Shown here: one piece after another, positions 13,601 to 26,700 of the stretch
Position numbering within the stretch: position 1 is the stretch's first letter
How the letters are laid out: each line of letters starts with the position of its first letter
Origin: Epiperipatus broadwayi
Lineage: Eukaryota > Animalia > Onychophora
Assembly: GCA_028023455.1 (NCBI GenBank)
Contig: JAQFVV010000002.1
Coordinates: 10,106,001 to 10,170,000 of the forward strand
DNA: 64,000 bases
Direction: 5' to 3'
Notes under the pieces: model-generated
Told to the model about the DNA's origin: nothing
Database searches by the model: none
Seen by the model: only the letters and a program-made list of their open reading frames with translations
Position numbers and translations under genes: made by a program

Positions 13601-16356
13601 TTTAGATTCTCATTAAAAAATTGGATTTTTTAATGCTATAATTCTTTAGTCATTTGTAGAAATTCTTAGTTGAATATCCAAAAAGAGGGGTTTGATCTGA
13701 GATGTGATTCATTTACATCTTATTGCTCTAAATTCTAATTTATTATTATCTTTAAATGTTTATTTTACAATTATACTTTTTGTTTCCTTTTATTTTTTTA
13801 AAGAACATAAGACATTGTAACTAAAAGAATCCATTTTTTTAATAGTTTGCAAATTAACAAATATTTATTTACTTTGTTTCTACCTTAAACCCATTTTCAA
13901 TTTTTTACTTAACTTTGAAACAGAAGAGAAAATATTTTCTACACAAATATTATCTATCTAAAAAACTTAATGCATCTTCTTATTAATGTTATGCACCAAA
14001 GCTTATTAAAGTTTATGGTATATGCTAAATATAAGACACTAGACTAAATTGTATTAAAGGATTAAAAAGTATTGACAGATTACAATTGCATTGATTGTAG
14101 TAATTAATCTTCTTGATAGCTGAACTCATTGTTATATAAGGGATTTTAGAAACATATTTATTGTGTGTATAATTTAGTTTTATAAAATATTAATCAGAAC
14201 AATTATCATTTTATAATGATAACAATGATAACAAAAGTAATAATTTAAAATAGGAATTCAGTAAACATAATTTAGAGAGTACACTTTTTGAATAGATTAA
14301 AAAAGAAAAGTTATGAAAATATTTTAATTTAAATTATATCATTATATTTGTTGCTCCACACTCAAGGTTTAGAGGATCCTGGATGCATTCCCAGATTAAG
14401 AAATAATAAAGAAAACCGTTTGAACTCTTGAATGGAACTGCATTGGATCACCTGTTTCTTTTATTCTTGAGTATTATATGTTCTCTTAACAGTATTTACT
14501 TGCTCCAAATTTTATTTACTTAGGAGTGGCCGCTGTACTTTGGAGTTCAAGGTCCATAAATCATGGCCCCTGCTCTGTCATTTCCATTCTGTATCAACTC
14601 TTGAACAATAAACTATTTAATTATGTATAAGCTTTTTGTTCTTTTCTATAAAATTGAAATTTTACTTTTTGTTTCTATTTATATTTAATAATAAATTTGG
14701 AGTTAAATCAATTTGTTTCAACGCAGCGAAACAAAATAACAGTCTCTCAAGGTTAAGTTTTCATAAAATCCTACATGTCAGAATGATAAATTAAGTTCTA
14801 TTTATTTACAGTTGGTTATGATTGATAGTCAGGAAGTTTCTTAGAAAGTAAATTTTTCCATTGATTTTCAACTGGGTTTAGATAATTAATTTCAGCAATA
14901 AAAATCAAAATATTTGATTTAAAATATTTTGTTATGAGGGACTACATATAGAGAAGTTACTATTTAAATAGTATTGTATTTTTAAAACAACATCTCCATA
15001 TATTAAAAAATTATATATCTAAAATTTTATTGAAATTTAAAGTAAGTTTACATAATAATTTTATAAGAAGTGGATTTTGCACTTATACATATATATATAA
15101 ATGTATACACACCTATATATATATCTTACAGTATATCTATATATTTACCATTATAACAATATTAGAGTAAGACTATGGATATTTTAGGTTTTAAGCCAGT
15201 AAGTTTTGATCTCAAAAATAGCAAAGTGTATGTTTTGATGTTTGGAATTCAGTACCACTATAAATGCTGAACACAAAACAGTATCTAAATTCAAAGATGA
15301 AAATTTTTACTGTTAAGCTGCAAAAATATTTTGTAGAAAGTTGATATTTTCTCACTTTTCATCTCAATCATGGAATATAAAAGAGAGTAAATGTAGGTGA
15401 TTAAAAAAGGCTTTGATATTATTAATAAACTTATAATCAATTACAGATTGTTGCTAATAATTGATGGTAGTATAAATTTTATTCAACAGAACTTTCTAAG
15501 TTCAAATGTAAATAGAAAACAAAGCTGCAAAATGATTATGCAAAGTTTTTTTCCAAAATAATAAAAATCTCATAAATAATGGCTTTACATAGAAATACTG
15601 ATCATGCACTGCTGTGTATACCAAGATTATTAAAAAGTAAACTTTCTGCTAATATTAATCGGATTAAGCCTAACAGAGTATCTATCATAACAGTCTATCA
15701 AAAATATAAAATCATTACTAGTGTATGTGTAAACAATTTAATTACTAGAAATTTTCAATGTATGACTACCAGATTTAAATTTTTTTTTTTCACTTATAAA
15801 CAGTGATAAAACATTACTCAGCCACAGCAATGCCATAAGTTGTGCATGTGGTAAAATTTGTGAAAAAATTTCATCATCTAAAAAGTCTGAAAGTTTTTTT
15901 TGGTAAGTTCAACTAGACATACAATTATTAGTTAGTAAATAAGTACTGTTTATAACTATTTTAAATTAGAAACTAAAACTGATGAACAAAAAATAAACCT
16001 TCAATTTTTATCATTTGACTAGTTTGGTGAAGCTTGAATTCTGTTTCATATTTCTCTATGGGAAAAGCTGGAAAGTCTTTTTTACTGTAATGGCTATTAA
16101 ATGAAATATTGACCCTAGTTCAAAATATGGGTTAGTTAATATAGTAAATTATGTTATTCTTTTGATCACCTAAGATCTAATTATTATATACATTTCAATA
16201 AATTATATAAAACATACATAAAAAATTATAAATATATGCACTAACATGCTCTCTTAAAAAAATCTATAATTGCATGAAAAATTATTGAAGCAGAGCATTT
16301 TCAAGGGTGCTAAATGTTCTCATAGCCATAGCCTTAGAATGTGCATAATTATGTGG

Positions 16357-16361
<5 letters not shown>

Positions 16362-16403
<42 letters not shown>
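16362..16403. repeat. (TA)n microsatellite, ~21 units
   Basis: Directly visible. Confidence 0.98.
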
Positions 16404-16406
<3 letters not shown>

Positions 16407-17440
16407 GCAATAGATTATTCAATGTGTATGCCAATTGTATTGCCATTTCTTTAAGAAAAGGGGGAGCAGGATTCATTCTGATTTATGGTGTTAGGATTGT
16501 TAGCTGTATACCATGCCTCTTTAACCTTCCATTTAGAGTCTTCATGCTCAATGCATGCTATGTTGGTGGCTATGAGCTCCAATGTATGGCCTTTTGTGCA
16601 TATGATTCACCATAATATATATTGCTGCATCCTGATTGGGAGCATGTGTTTTTATATAAGGTGTATAAAGTTTGTTCTGTGTCAATTCTGTCCTTAGAGT
16701 TATTAATTAATCTGTTTGTTGTGGGAGGATTATTGTATGTGTTTGTGAACAAGCTTTATTTACGTTTTTGGCTATCCATGATATGTATTGAAGCAGTAGC
16801 CAGGATTTATCATTTTTGGGTGGATTTTATTTTATTTTATTGTAAAATTGTTTCGACTTTTTGTCTGAAGTCATTGTATTTGAAGCCTATCCCATTTAAA
16901 TCTTTAAGGTATTGCTCAATGTTGGCTTTTTGAGAAGCTAACTTGCATAGGTGGAAGTTTCTGTAAAGAAACAATGGAAAACTGGCTTATTTGTGAGAAT
17001 AAGATAAAATAGATTTGGGATGCATTAAATCTCTGATTTCTTTATGTTTGAGATGAATATTGTAATTTAGTTGGAGATTATTTCTCTGGAGATGAATGCC
17101 TAGGTATTTTAACTTCCTTTGGTCATCTTCCCATTCAATAGTCCACAGTAATGCAGATTTTGCCTCAAAGCATGTTTTAATTTCATTGATTAAAGACTCT
17201 AGGTCAAATATAAATACATTGTCTACAGGTCATGTATAAATAAGGTTAGGAGTATTTGTGATTTATTTAGGGAAGAGCTGGTTTTCAATGTGAATAAGAT
17301 AAATACTCAAGATAATCCCACATATAGGTAGACCCATTGGCCATCCATCAATCATATAATTTGTCCATCAAACATAGCAATAATGTTGCTATTGAGCCAA
17401 TTAAAGCAGTCTATTATAAAAATTCATATTGATGAGTAAT

Positions 17441-17442
<2 letters not shown>
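16404..17442 (-). mobile_element. Degraded Penelope-like element fragment (RT followed by GIY-YIG)
   Basis: Minus strand 17378-17311 reads MFDGQI/DGWPMGLPICGII, matching the PLE RT motif F.G..Y.Q.DG.AMGSP with a frameshift. ORF 16570-16752 has SKDRID..TLYKNTCSQSGCSNIYYGES, a GIY-YIG N-terminal motif. Confidence 0.7.

Positions 17443-17486
<44 letters not shown>
17443..17486. repeat. (AT)n microsatellite, ~22 units
   Basis: Directly visible. Confidence 0.98.
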
Positions 17487-17489
<3 letters not shown>

Positions 17490-17764
17490 GTGCTATTGAA
17501 TAGCATCACATAAATTGTAATATTTATACAGAAAACATATAACTAGTTTAATCTTTCAAAAACCAAATTTATTGTACATTTAGACCATAGAAATACAGAC
17601 CAAAAAGTAAAAAAAAACAACAAGTAAATGATTATGAAATAGCATGCAAATAAAAAAAGGATATATTTGAGTTAATGTTTGCACAGGAAACTTTTGTGAC
17701 TTGTTTGTTGTTCCAAAAATAGACCATAGAAACCCAATTTGTCTAAAGTTCATAGCAGGGAAGA

Positions 17765-20700
17765 TTAAAATGAGATGCTGTTAGTAGGTAGTATTAATAT
17801 CCGTGTTTGAGTTTTATGAAATGATGAAAAGCAACAGCCACCCAATAAACAGCAAAGTTGCAGGGAGCTCCATCCAATTGCAATGGAGTCCCAGGTTTGT
17901 GCAGCTGTGAAGGGGTCAGCAGTGTGCATATCTCTATCCCTTTCCTTGTTTAGTATTTGGCAAAATGCTGTGAATATATTATTCAAGGTCTCAGCCTGGA
18001 ACACCAGCTTACAGCGCAATGCCCAGATGGAAAAGTTAATTATGGCCGAAAGCCGGATCTCAGAGAATATGCCCTTTTCAATTGCTGTCTTGAGGTTCAT
18101 TTCAATTTGATTTCTTGTCATGTTTTGTTGAAAATGAGTTCTTAAATGGTTCAAAGTTGTGCATTCGAAGAGGAAGTGATCGGTAGTCTCTTCCTGTCTT
18201 TGACACAATGTGCAATTAGGGTCAATATCTTGCCCCCTTTTATAGTGGAGGAAGGCATTTGTTGGGAGGGCACACAAGTTCGATTTCAATAGGAAGTCCA
18301 TGATTTTTGGCGGCAACTTCCAGAGCTTGGTCATCCTTATCATTCGAGGGATGTTGATTGAAAGGCAGCTGGGGATCCTCTGTTTTTGATGGTCAAGAAG
18401 ATCAAACACTTCCCAATACGCAAGTTTTCTTTGAAATAGGGTTGATGTTGGTTTGATGTTATCAAAGATAAAGTTGATCTGCTGTTGAAGGAGCAAGGCA
18501 CGTCCTCTGGGGGGTGGCCGATCAGTAGGTTGAATGTCCTTTTCCGGAAGTGGGCATTGAGCACGTTCATTTTCCTTGAAGATGTTGTAGAGTAGATTAT
18601 GGATGTGTTGTAAGTTGAATATAGTTAGCGAGTGTAGTGAGAGACCATTTAAAGTTTGGGGCTTTTGGAGGATTCTCAACCTAATTACAGGTGATCGGCC
18701 TGCCCAACACAGTTTTCTACAGGCGGTTTCTACTTTGTTGTGAACCCTGCCAAATAGTATATTATTTTTGGAAGAATGAGAGCATTTAAAAGGGCTACTT
18801 TCCCAAATAGGGAAAGGTATATTTTTGACAAAGATGCGATTGTGGTTTCAATTTTCTCTTTTAATGAGTCCTGTATCTCTTTACACATCACCATGGGTGT
18901 TTTTGATAGGTGAAATCCTAGAAATTTCTGTGGCGCTGCTTCAAATCCACCAGAGATCTTCTGGCCAGTAAGAATTAACCAAATAGCTGATTTTTTTGGG
19001 TTGACAAGGAAACCAGATAATTTGGCATGGTGATCAAGAAGTTGTTTTAGCTTACCCAGTTCATCATGGGATGAAAGAAACACAACTACATCATCCATAT
19101 AGGAGATGTGATTGATGTTCTCATTAAGTAGTGGAACAGCGATACCAGAAAACGTGGCCTCGATGTTCAACAGCATTGGATTGATATAGGCAGCAAAGAG
19201 AAGTGCACTCAGGGGAGAACCTTGGGGGATGGAGATGTAGGGCATAAAACCCGGGGCAATGCGACCATCTAGGGACAAGAACACTTCCCGATTGTAAAGA
19301 AGGTTCTCAATCATTTGAATGTATATGGGTGGTACATTTAGCTGTTCCAGAACACTGAGAGGAACATCAATTCTCACGGAGTCGAATGCCCCAGCTATAT
19401 CAAGTTGGACTGCAATGGGCTGGGACTTCCTTTGTCTCCACACATGATCGACCAGAAGTCTGAAGCGGCTGACAGCATCAGATGTTGAAGTGCCTTTTTT
19501 TGCAAATTGATAGTGCGAAAGTTGTTTAATTATGTTATATTGAATCTTGTCTTTAATGATGCTCTCGATGTCTTTAATGATGCTTTCGATGATCTTTGTC
19601 AATAGAGGAATCATCGAGATAGGATGCAGGTTATTGAGATCTGGTTGTGCATCTCGCTTCTTTAAAAAGGGTACCATGGAGATGGGACATAGGTTTATTA
19701 GGTGATGACTTTCCAGTGGCAATGAGGTCTATCATTCTGTGGATTACTGGATAGTAAAAGCTCTTAGGTGTAAAAGTAGAAATCTGGGAATTCCATGCAT
19801 GCAGGATGGACACTTTCTGGGAGTGATTGCAGTTTGTCAAGAATATCACCATCTGTGATGTTATGTTCCATACGGTTGTTAGTAACAAAAACTCTACGGA
19901 TGTTAGTGACACCAATAGGTTGTAATTTTCTTTTGTAAAAGTCTCTTATTTTGGAAAGCATGGAGAAGCCGATATATTGTTTACTATGTATCTTGATCAA
20001 TGAGGGTGCCTTGTTTTGTTGGTTGGATCCTAGGGCCCATCTGATGTAACCTCGAGTCCAGCAGTGTTGATATGCTAAGTAACTGCACGCTCGTTTAATT
20101 GATAAGTATTCAGCCAGGGATTGTTGGGTAGCTTTGTATTGTAGTTTAAGGTGAGTAATTTCTTGGATATTTTGCCTTTGTATGGGAAAATGTTTAAGTG
20201 TGTCGGCTATCTTGTCCAATTGTCTTAGTAATTTGAGGGGACCTTTATTATGTTGAGTGCATTTATGAATATGTGATTGTAGAATATTTATGAAGTTATT
20301 CCATTTATCACATGGTGAAAGTGTGTTTATATTAGCAGAGTTGAATGATATGTAAATCTCAGATATGAGTTGTATAGTGGCAGATTCCTTTGTGAGGATC
20401 CTCATTGTTCGTGGAATGTTGCTATATGAATGTGTGTTATCCACAATTCGGATAAGGACCTCTAGTGCCATGTGATCCATAAAGACAACAGGCCACAGGT
20501 TAACTTCAATGAAGGGAGCAAGTGAAGGAGAGAAGTATAAAAGATCAATGAGGGACTTAAACTGTGATGAATAGAATGAGAAGGCAGACACATCAAAAAG
20601 CTGTCTTCCACTTGTAAAGGTGTTGCTCAGTGATTTTAAGTGACTCCTTTCAAAAGAATCATATGTATGATTAAAGTCACCCAACATCAATGCAGGAAAA

Positions 20701-21081
20701 GGGTTAGTTCTTAGGACTGCGTTGATAGTGTGGATGATTCTATAGATTATATCTGATATGTTAAGTGTCCATCCATTTACCTGTATAATGGCTATGAGGC
20801 AGTTAGAGTCTATATGAATTATTTTGAAAAAGGTTATTTTAGATTTTTTATTAAAAAGAATTGCTACTCCACCAGATGCAGAGGAGGAGAAGGAATAATG
20901 GAAGTATCCAAATTTTTTGTATTCTCTGTATGATGTTTTGGTCAGATAGTGTGTGAAGTTTTGTTTCATTGAGGCAAAGAACATCAGGTGTATTATGCTT
21001 AAGCCAGAATGATAATGCTTGGATTCTGCCAAGGGAGTTCATGCCTCTGACGTTAATCGATGTTATGTTGAAAGTCATCAT
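17765..21081 (-). pseudogene. Frameshifted ORF2 (APE + RT + zf-RVT-like finger) of copy 2
   Basis: MMTFNITSINVRGMN..CLNETK, LMLGDFNH, IDLLY, VQLDIAGAFDSV, PQGSPLS, SYMDD and CTLCQRQEETTDHFLFEC across ORFs 20851-21081, 19764-21032, 18730-19722 and 17765-18679. In-frame 21-bp duplication IKDIESIIKD at ~19550-19590. Confidence 0.93.
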
Positions 21082-23511
21082 TGATAGTGAAACCGCTCTC
21101 TCGTGTGGGAGAGTTTGCCTGATTGGAATGTGATCCAGTTTCTAAGACCATAATATTCTGTTCCAGCATCAAATTGGTGGGGTGATGATAAGGTTCAGAT
21201 TGTATTAGGTTCTTAGATAAGTTGAGGTCTGGTGGAATAGGTTCAGGAATAGGCCACAATGATGGAGATAAGTCTATCAGTAAGCATTCATTATCATTTT
21301 TCATGTTGACATAAGGCCACTTTATTTTGAGACAAAGGGTCAATCAGTTGTATGTTGTTATCTTGGTCTATTGTTTTTGTTTCATTTGTGAGGTTATATG
21401 AACTTGTGACTTTTGGAGAATGGTCTCTTCATTTTTTTTCACAAGGTCTATTTGGTGGGGGAATATTAGTCTTTGTTGCATCTCGAAGATTGTCACATTC
21501 ATTGCTATTGCTACTTTCTTGTGATTGTTCAGAGCTAATTTTTTTTTTTATGTTTTCTTTTACGTGGAATTCTGTTGCTGGCCATTGTAGTGTTGCTTTG
21601 TTCAGCATCGGTGTCCATGTCTATTTGGCTGATTGTTGCTGTATCTGATGATGATACGCAATTGTCATTGGTATGCAGCTATTCAGGAGTGAGTTGAAAT
21701 TATTCTGTTTCCAAGGAAGTTTTATCATTAGGAATTTTTGATGATGATGTAGTGTGATCTGTGGTATTGCTAGAGATATATTGTTGCTTGAGACTTGGGT
21801 ATGTATTTGTTAGATGTTGATTTTCTTGATCGCTATCACATTTGTGGAATTTGTACCGAATCTCTCCACAAATTATGCATTTTCTCTCTTGACAATCTTT
21901 TTTTAGATGGCCTCTCTGCCTGCAATGGAAGCATTGGGGTGGAAGGCCATGAAAGATGATGTTGAGTGGGGATTCTCCATGTTGAATTAGAGATGGGACT
22001 GATTGAGATGGAATTCCTTTTTTAAGAACTAGCTGAAATTGTGCAGTGTTGATGTATACTGAGGGATCATCGTTGTCTGCTACTAGGTATTGAAATTTGG
22101 TAATGGTGCCATAGTCTTTGAAGTGGTGCTGAAGGTCTGCCTTTTCAAAGTCCATGGTACATTTTTGAATTCGCCCTGTTAAAACAACTGGGTGGTTGAG
22201 GTCAATGTAGACAAGAAATTTGTTGTTTAGGAGTTTATGACTATTTCTAAAGGCAGCTTTAACTTGTTGGTTTGTGAACTGGATGATAAGATATCTTTCA
22301 TTTGGATGAAAGAGGATCTTATGGATCGATTTCCACCAGCCATGTGCTTTACATAGTTCGTATAGTGATGATGTAGGGAATGTGTATAGATTTAAACAGT
22401 TATCTGTAGTGGAAAGTATGAGAGAACACTCATTATAATAGTTGAGTAGAGATTTGTGGAGTGGCAATGGGATGGTTTGGTTAAACTGTTCATTTATTAT
22501 TTCATGGTTCTGAATATCACAAGTAGGATTATCTGTAGATGTTGTTTGAGGATTAGAGTAATTTGAAGTAGACTGTTCTGTTTCTATTTCTTGTAAAAGT
22601 CGAATTGCTTCCATGTATTTATCAGGTTGTGATGTTTGATGATGTGTATTTATCATTATGTTAGCTCTGACCTTGTTTGCATATGTCATTTCATTCATCA
22701 TTGGGCTTGTGGTTTTATTATGCTCAGAGTTGTGAGGTAGTTGGTTTGAATCCCTGTATTCAGGGCCTGTGATATTGAATTTGTCAAACTCTGGGTGACT
22801 TAGTGAAGATTGTTTTGGAATGGGAGAGTGCATATCATTATGGTTTGTGGTCGATTTCTGATTTGGTTTAATTATTGTAGTTTTGGAATTTTTATTTTCC
22901 TTTAAATGTTTTGGAGATTTTATGAGATTTAGATTTGTGTTATTATATAAATTATTGTTGTTAATCTGTTTTCCCAGTTCTGGATTATTTAGTGGAGATA
23001 GATTAGTTTTTGATGGTGTTTGTAAAGTTTTGGTATTCTCTAAGTGATTCATTTTTTTGTTTGAGGCTGTAATTGGGGAATCATCATTTTTCCCCTGTTG
23101 CAAAGTTTTCCCATTGTTTCGCGAGTTTATGAGAGGAATTATACTTTTTTTAACGGTATGATCATTTCGAACATTTTCACCGCTATTTTTAGGTTCATTA
23201 GGGGTTGCAATCTTTGCATTTACAATTTGGAAATCACTAGATAATTTTGAATTATTTTCCCCTTTCACGTGACAGTGTTTCGATTTTAGCATAGATTTTA
23301 TTATCGGGTCGTTAGTAGTTGGAGAAGAAAGAAATTGATTTTGATTATTTGAAATGCTTTCTACCGTTGTAGATTTATTCTTAGGTTCTTTGGAGGGTTT
23401 ATTGTTGTAATCCAAACTTTGGGACTCATCAGAGGTTTTAAGGTTAGTATATATATTTTTCCTCCCATTAGAGCGTTTAGGCCTTAGTATAGGCTTTATT
23501 ACAGAGTCCAT
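21053..23511 (-). pseudogene. ORF1 of copy 2 (603-aa open part; originally probably ~820 aa)
   Basis: Low-complexity N-terminus, RRM-like middle, CFHCRQRGHLKKDC knuckle plus a second degenerate knuckle CIICGEIRYKFHKC. The frame continues past TAA 21700-21702 and TAG 21679-21681; the last segment (21053-21343) overlaps the ORF2 start. Confidence 0.85.
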
Positions 23512-23718
23512 TTTAGCGGTTAACCGTAATTAATAAATGTTATTTAATTTAATGTTTCAAAACTACTTTAAAGTAGTAAATTGTGCTAAATAATTGCATA
23601 GAATAATAAAGATTGTACTCACAGATATAGTTTTGTAATTTTCTCTCAAATTTTTCCCTTTTTAGTGCAAATATATTCACATCAGATGAGAGATAATGCA
23701 GAAGATCTGCATTCAGAG

Positions 23719-23739
23719 GCCGCCATTAAACCGGAAGTG
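23719..23739. promoter_or_regulatory. YY1-like and ETS motifs at the extreme 5' end of copy 2 (candidate internal promoter)
   Basis: GCCGCCATT (23719-23727) and ACCGGAAGTG (23730-23739) lie within 30 bp of the 5' TSD, in an otherwise CpG-poor context. Confidence 0.55.
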
Positions 23740-26700
23740 ATCTATGAACATATAACTAGTTTAATGATTTTAAAACAAAATTTTAAAAGAAATAAAATAC
23801 TGCAGAAGCATTTTATCAATAAATGATTGGAGTAAAACTTTTTAAAAGAAATAAGTAAAAGATTTAAGAAAGAAATGTAATTTAGAATAAATTTAAAGAT
23901 TTTTTTTATCTTTTGAAATGCAGGTCACCAAAAGACAAAGTGCTGCATCATTTTATTTTAATAAAAAAAAAAAGACAGAAAAATCTAGTAGTCAAAGAGT
24001 GAGTAGGAAAAGGGGAATAAATATAATTAAATAAAAGACTTAAAAACTATAGTTCTCTTTTTTCATTTACATAAAGAAAAGAAAAATTGTGTGTGTAAAA
24101 AAATGAAAGTTGAATTAAAATAGGTAAAAGGAAAGCATATAATATAAGCTTAAATCTACTCAAAGATTGCTCAGCCAATAAATATAAAAAAAAGAATGGG
24201 AACAGCAACTATAAATGAAAACAATGGGAAATAATTTCAGATGATATCTTATCCAAAGGCTAGATTAATCTATGCAGGGATGCAGATTAAAAAAACAATG
24301 GGAATATAATTAGAAAAATTTGCAAATTAATTAAACTAGATGGAAGTGCTAATCAGGGAAACAATAAGGAGGACTCACATAAAAGGACTAAAAATCTATT
24401 CATCATTATTGGTTGATTCTCTTGATTCTTGATTCACAGCACTCGCTACTACTACTGTGAAAGAGTTCCAGTGAAAAAAGATGGGAAAAGCCATCAACAC
24501 CCCCAGAATGCAGTCTTTGTGTCTTCATATTCATTTAAGAATCATCTAACCTTATGCATTGTTAAGCAGTTACCAGAGTATATTACCTGTCTCCAGTTCC
24601 AGTCCTCCATAACACCAGAGACCCTACATCTAGGAGTCATGCTCACATAATAATCTGAACTGTCAGGAAAGGTCCATCTCAATGAATGCCAAAGTCAGCC
24701 AGGAGGCAAAACTATTAGTGAAATCCAAAATCCAACCAGTTGGAAATCCATACAGAGTGCCAAGTGTCAAAATCCTAGATAAATATAAGTTTTATATTCC
24801 CATTTATAAACAGAAGTGTTCAAATAAAAAGACTTGGTTAGGCTTTGAAAGCCATAACAATCTTTTAAGTGCCATAATTATCTTTGAGTGTGCCCTATAA
24901 TTAACTTTTAGAGTTTTATATAATCATCAATAAGTGTTTCCTATAACTACCATATATAATCAATTTTAGTATTTGCATATATTTTAGTCTTCTCATAATA
25001 TTTTCAAAAAGCTTTCCTTAAGTGATGAACGATATTTAAAAGTGTGTGTCCATATTCATATTTATAATGTATTATTAAGTCAGTCTTTATTATCATGTAT
25101 TTATTAAGAGTGTGCTTAAAACAAAAATATAAATTTCTTTACTATAATGATTTAGCCTTAGGTTTAATCAAAATGTCTTAGAATAAATTATTTGTTTGCT
25201 AATTAATGTTGGTCAGTTCTTTTTAAATAATTATGCCACTAATAGACAATATTTAGTTAAGTGTAGACACTAAGCAGTCTAATATGTTTTATTTCCTGTA
25301 ATTAGGTGGAGAGCTAGCTAGGGATTAACTAAGAGCTAAATTGTTTACATGTCGTCTAAGCATGCTAATTCTAATTTGTGATTTAGCTGGCACCTGAGGT
25401 TTTACCTTAAAACAAATAAAATGCTTTGGATGACCGGGGTTTGAATTTAGCAGCTGAGAAGTTCCATAGCCTGGAAATGTGGCTGCAGGTTATACTTTAT
25501 ATAGCCTTGGACTAGTTATAGGTGCCATTGGTCTTATCAACCTTCTATATTAGACTTCTCCACTTGGAGGGCTGATGTGCTGTGATAATAAAGTGCAGCT
25601 GGAGTAGATCGAGATTTTTTTAAAATTTAAATAATCAGTGATCTTCTCCCACCCAGTTCAATATATACCCACATAATTATGCACATTCTAAGGCTATGAC
25701 TATAAGGACATTTAACACACTTGAAAGTGCTCAGTTTCGATAATTTTCACGTTGTTGCATATATTTATAATTTACAGCAGTCTAAAAAGTTTTTTAATTG
25801 TATAAATTACAATACATAAAAAATATATAGATGTAATGGATTTAGGGTGATTAGTAATATTTTTTGAATGCAGGCCACATAAATTTTTATATGATCTATA
25901 ACAAGCTGCATGTCAAAAAAATGTTTTACTTTCTAGGATAATTTCATAGTAGAGAAAAGTATTACAATCATAAAAAACTAACTTTCTATTTTGAATGAAT
26001 TTTTATAAAATAAAGCTTTTAAATTCTGTTCAGGCAATTTTAGAATGATGTCCAACATTGTATGCATGTGTGATAATGAAACAAAATTTTGTGATAAAAT
26101 TTATACAATGATTTTTGTAGGCTAACTTATATATCTATTATTATGTAACAATATCCATTCATGAAAACCTATGGTTTGATGCTATCCCAATTTATCACTA
26201 GTTAACTAAGATAAGATGCTTATATGTCAACATTTTTTATAATAAATTTTTTTAAACATCTTACACTTGTGATATGCCATGGGATATACAAAACATTGCC
26301 ATGGACTGCAAGTGATCCAAAGATTATAGTTTTTTCATCTTTAATTTAGATTACATTAAATCATATATGATGTTGAATATATATATATATATACATCAAT
26401 GAAGTTTGATTCATAAAGAGTTTCAGAGGCAATAAGCAGATTTGCAATGCTGATAAGCTTTAAATGTAAAATATTAATAGACAATGCAAAAATAATTATA
26501 TTTATAGGTATCTAGTATGTTATATATATATCAGAAATCTTGAGTCTAATTAACTGAGTCTCAGCAGCTATATCATTAAAAATAATCTATTAATTCAGAT
26601 ACTTACTAGAAACAAAATACATAAAGAAGTTAATAAAGATATATTTTTGGAACCCATATACTGTGATATGAGAAATAGGTGGAACTGAAAATTTCTAAAT

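Larger units (their letters stand above)
17553..23746 (-). mobile_element. Full-length L1/Tx1-like non-LTR retrotransposon, copy 2 (inactivated)
   Basis: Exact 19-bp TSD AACATATAACTAGTTTAAT at 17534-17552 and 23747-23765. Contains ORF1 and ORF2 remnants; AATAAA on the minus strand near the 3' end (~17567-17572). Confidence 0.95.

Noticed and set aside
14715-14756. Hairpin with GAAAC, possible HHR
   Set aside because: No CUGANGA at the right spacing on either strand.
16245-16298. Hammerhead-like string beside the PLE relic
   Set aside because: Stems are plausible, but both cores are too degenerate and the strand is opposite to the PLE ORF.
17883-21648. Plus-strand ORFs such as 17883-18110, 17957-18145 and 21352-21648
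   Set aside because: Antisense shadows of the LINE ORFs with no recognisable motifs.
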